This document shows positions 61,576 through 64,000 of a DNA stretch of 64,000 nucleotides, in pieces. The position numbers were made by a program, and so were the translations under genes. Below the pieces are notes generated by a model, which was not told the DNA's origin, did not search any database, and was given only the letters and a program-made list of their open reading frames with translations. The stretch's first letter is position 1. Every line of letters starts with the position of its first letter. This stretch comes from Rhizobium sp. Q54 (lineage in GTDB: Bacteria > Pseudomonadota > Alphaproteobacteria > CADEGL01): assembly GCA_945860095.1 (NCBI GenBank), contig CAMAPP010000002.1:4564-68563 (forward strand), given 5' to 3'.

Positions 61576-62649
61576 ATGGTTGACATGAAATCGGACTCGG
61601 CTGGGAAACCTTCGGTTATCACCGAATTGAACGAGCGCTCGCGCGAAATTTTCCGGCGCATCGTCGACGCCTATGTCGAGACTGGCGAGCCCATGGGATC
61701 GCGCACATTGTCGCGCTTTCCGGGCATCAAACTTTCGCCCGCCTCGATCCGCAACGTCATGGCCGATCTCGAGGAAGCGGGGCTGCTCTCGGCCCCCCAT
61801 ACCTCGGCGGGGCGCGTGCCGACGGATGCGGGCATGCGTCTGTTCGTCAGCGGTCTGCTGGAGATCGGCGGGCTGACGGCCGAGGAACGCGAACGGATCG
61901 AAAGCCAATGCGCGGCCAAGGGGCGCGGCGTGAACGAGGTGCTGCAGGAAGCCTCGGGCGCGCTTTCGGGTCTGTCACGCTGCGTGGGCCTGGTCGCGGC
62001 GCCGCGTCTTGAACGGGCGTTGAAGCACATGGAATTCGTGCCCGTTTCGCCGGGCCGGGCCTTGGCTGTCATGGTCACGGAGGACGGCCTGGTCGAAAAT
62101 CGCATGATCGACCTGCCCATGGGCGTGCCGGCCTCGGCACTGGTGCAGGTGTCGAACTATCTGGCGTCGCGCATCGCCGGGCGCACGACGGACGAGGTGC
62201 GCGGCTTCGTGCAGCGCGATCTCGATGGCAACCGGGCCGAACTCGACGCGCTGACCAAGCAGGTCGTCGAGGCGGGGATTGCCACGTGGGCGGGCGGCGA
62301 GGCGGAGCGCTCGCTGATCGTGCGCGGCCAGGCCAATCTGTTGGGCGATGTGCGCGCAGTCGCGGACTTGGAGCGCGTGCGCCATCTGTTCGAAATTCTG
62401 GAGCGGCGCGAGGCCACGGTCAGGCTGCTGGATGCGGTCGGCGTGGCGGACGGTGTGCAGATTTTCATCGGCGCCGATTCGAGCCATTTCGACCTCACCG
62501 GCTGCTCGATGGTGGCATCGGCCTATCACGATCGCCAGGGCAAGATCGTCGGTGCCATCGGCGTGATCGGGCCGACGCGCATGAATTACGCGCGAATCAT
62601 CCCGCTCGTCGACTACACTGCAAAAATGATCGGACGGCTGCTTACATGA
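61576..62649 (+). CDS. hrcA: heat-inducible transcription repressor HrcA
   Basis: Winged-helix N-terminus (…LNERSREIFRRIVDAYVETGEPMGSRTLS…) and 357 aa. Confidence 0.9.
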   Translation: MVDMKSDSAGKPSVITELNERSREIFRRIVDAYVETGEPMGSRTLSRFPGIKLSPASIRNVMADLEEAGLLSAPHTSAGRVPTDAGMRLFVSGLLEIGGLTAEERERIESQCAAKGRGVNEVLQEASGALSGLSRCVGLVAAPRLERALKHMEFVPVSPGRALAVMVTEDGLVENRMIDLPMGVPASALVQVSNYLASRIAGRTTDEVRGFVQRDLDGNRAELDALTKQVVEAGIATWAGGEAERSLIVRGQANLLGDVRAVADLERVRHLFEILERREATVRLLDAVGVADGVQIFIGADSSHFDLTGCSMVASAYHDRQGKIVGAIGVIGPTRMNYARIIPLVDYTAKMIGRLLT

Positions 62650-63245
62650 CCGACAAACCCGAAGATTCCGAAACGCCCGAGATGCCCGGCGCCGAATACG
62701 CCATCCCGCCCGGCGAGGTCTTGGGCACGCCCGAGGAATGCGCCGAGGCGCGCATCGCCGCGCTCGAGGGCGAACTGGCCGCGCTCAAGGATCAGCTCCT
62801 GCGCAGCCTGGCCGAGGCCGAGAACCAGCGTCGGCGCGCCCAGCGCGACCGCGACGAGGCGGTCAAATATGCCGCCGCCCAACTCGGGCGCGACCTTCTG
62901 AACGTGCCCGACAATCTGCGCCGCGCGCTTGAGGCCGCTCCGCTCGCCGATGACGAGCGCGACGCCGCCTTCCGGATCGGGGTCGAATTGGTCGAACGCG
63001 ACTTGCTCGGCGCCTTCGAAAAGCACGGAATCCGTCGCATCGTCCCCATGGCCGAACGCTTCGATCCCAATCTCCACCAGGCCATGTTCGAGGTGCCGAC
63101 CGCCGATCACCCGCCCGGAATCGTCGTTCAGGTCATGCAGCCCGGCTACATCATGGGTGACCGGCTGCTGCGGCCTGCCCTGGTGGGGGTGGCGAAGGCG
63201 ATGCCCGGCGAGGCCATCGCTGGGGGCGTGAATACGGTGGTCTAG
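62646..63245 (+). CDS. grpE: nucleotide exchange factor GrpE
   Basis: ATGA overlap with hrcA and a GrpE coiled-coil plus beta-domain. Confidence 0.9.
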   Translation: MTDKPEDSETPEMPGAEYAIPPGEVLGTPEECAEARIAALEGELAALKDQLLRSLAEAENQRRRAQRDRDEAVKYAAAQLGRDLLNVPDNLRRALEAAPLADDERDAAFRIGVELVERDLLGAFEKHGIRRIVPMAERFDPNLHQAMFEVPTADHPPGIVVQVMQPGYIMGDRLLRPALVGVAKAMPGEAIAGGVNTVV

Positions 63246-63323
63246 CATGGCCCGGGCGGGGCGGTTCCCCGACCTGCTCCAAGGTCCTGGAAGGACCGAT
63301 CGGGCCTAATTTCCCAGACACGG

Positions 63324-63352
63324 TTGCAGCCGTCCCGCGTCATGCCCATATA
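63324..63352 (+). promoter_or_regulatory. putative sigma-32 (RpoH)-type heat-shock promoter for dnaK
   Basis: gTTGCAG-N15-CCCATATA, about 105 nt upstream of the dnaK ATG. Resembles CTTGAAA-N13-15-CCCCATNT. Confidence 0.4.
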
Positions 63353-63353
63353 G

Positions 63354-64000
<647 letters not shown>

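Overview
High-GC (~65-70%) alphaproteobacterial chromosomal segment that reads as the replication-origin neighbourhood. Almost every gene is conserved housekeeping, in the gene order typical of alphaproteobacterial origin regions: a partial peptide-type ABC importer; leuS-lptE-holA; parB-parA-rsmG-mnmG-mnmE; rho; hemJ-hemH-hemE; a ~390-bp intergenic region with DnaA-box-like motifs that is the best oriC candidate; then DUF299(ppsR-like)-maf-aroE-coaE-dnaQ, secB, Tim44-like, mltA, lutABC, smr, hslVU, a his operon (hisB-DUF2628-hisH-GNAT-hisA-hisF-hisE-HIT), yifB, gshB, yraN-rsmI, an lpoA-like gene, hemW-rdgB-rph and hrcA-grpE-dnaK. About 70 CDS are called. No rRNA, tRNA, CRISPR or recognisable mobile element was seen. 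Against this ordinary background, five observations stand out. (1) A five-gene minus-strand signalling cluster: alpha/beta hydrolase, orphan OmpR-type response regulator, MBL-fold hydrolase, SAM methyltransferase and a polytopic class III nucleotidyl cyclase, the last three translationally coupled. Together with a distant cNMP-binding/FHA fusion protein, this is the most plausible candidate for an undescribed cyclic-nucleotide signalling module. (2) A perfect 16-18-bp palindrome, (A)TGTTTCACGTGAAACA(T), present three times around mnmG. One copy is written into the rsmG N-terminal codons using rare A/T-ending codons. (3) A ~250-bp island of about 22% GC, containing a perfect DnaA box TTATCCACA, in the convergent gap between an XRE regulator and hslU. 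(4) Short tandem repeats: a 3 x 15-bp array just upstream of leuS, a 2 x 18-bp array inside smr, and a 2 x 18-bp duplication across the hisB stop codon. (5) The ABC importer operon has no ATPase gene in the window and abuts the cyclase cluster.
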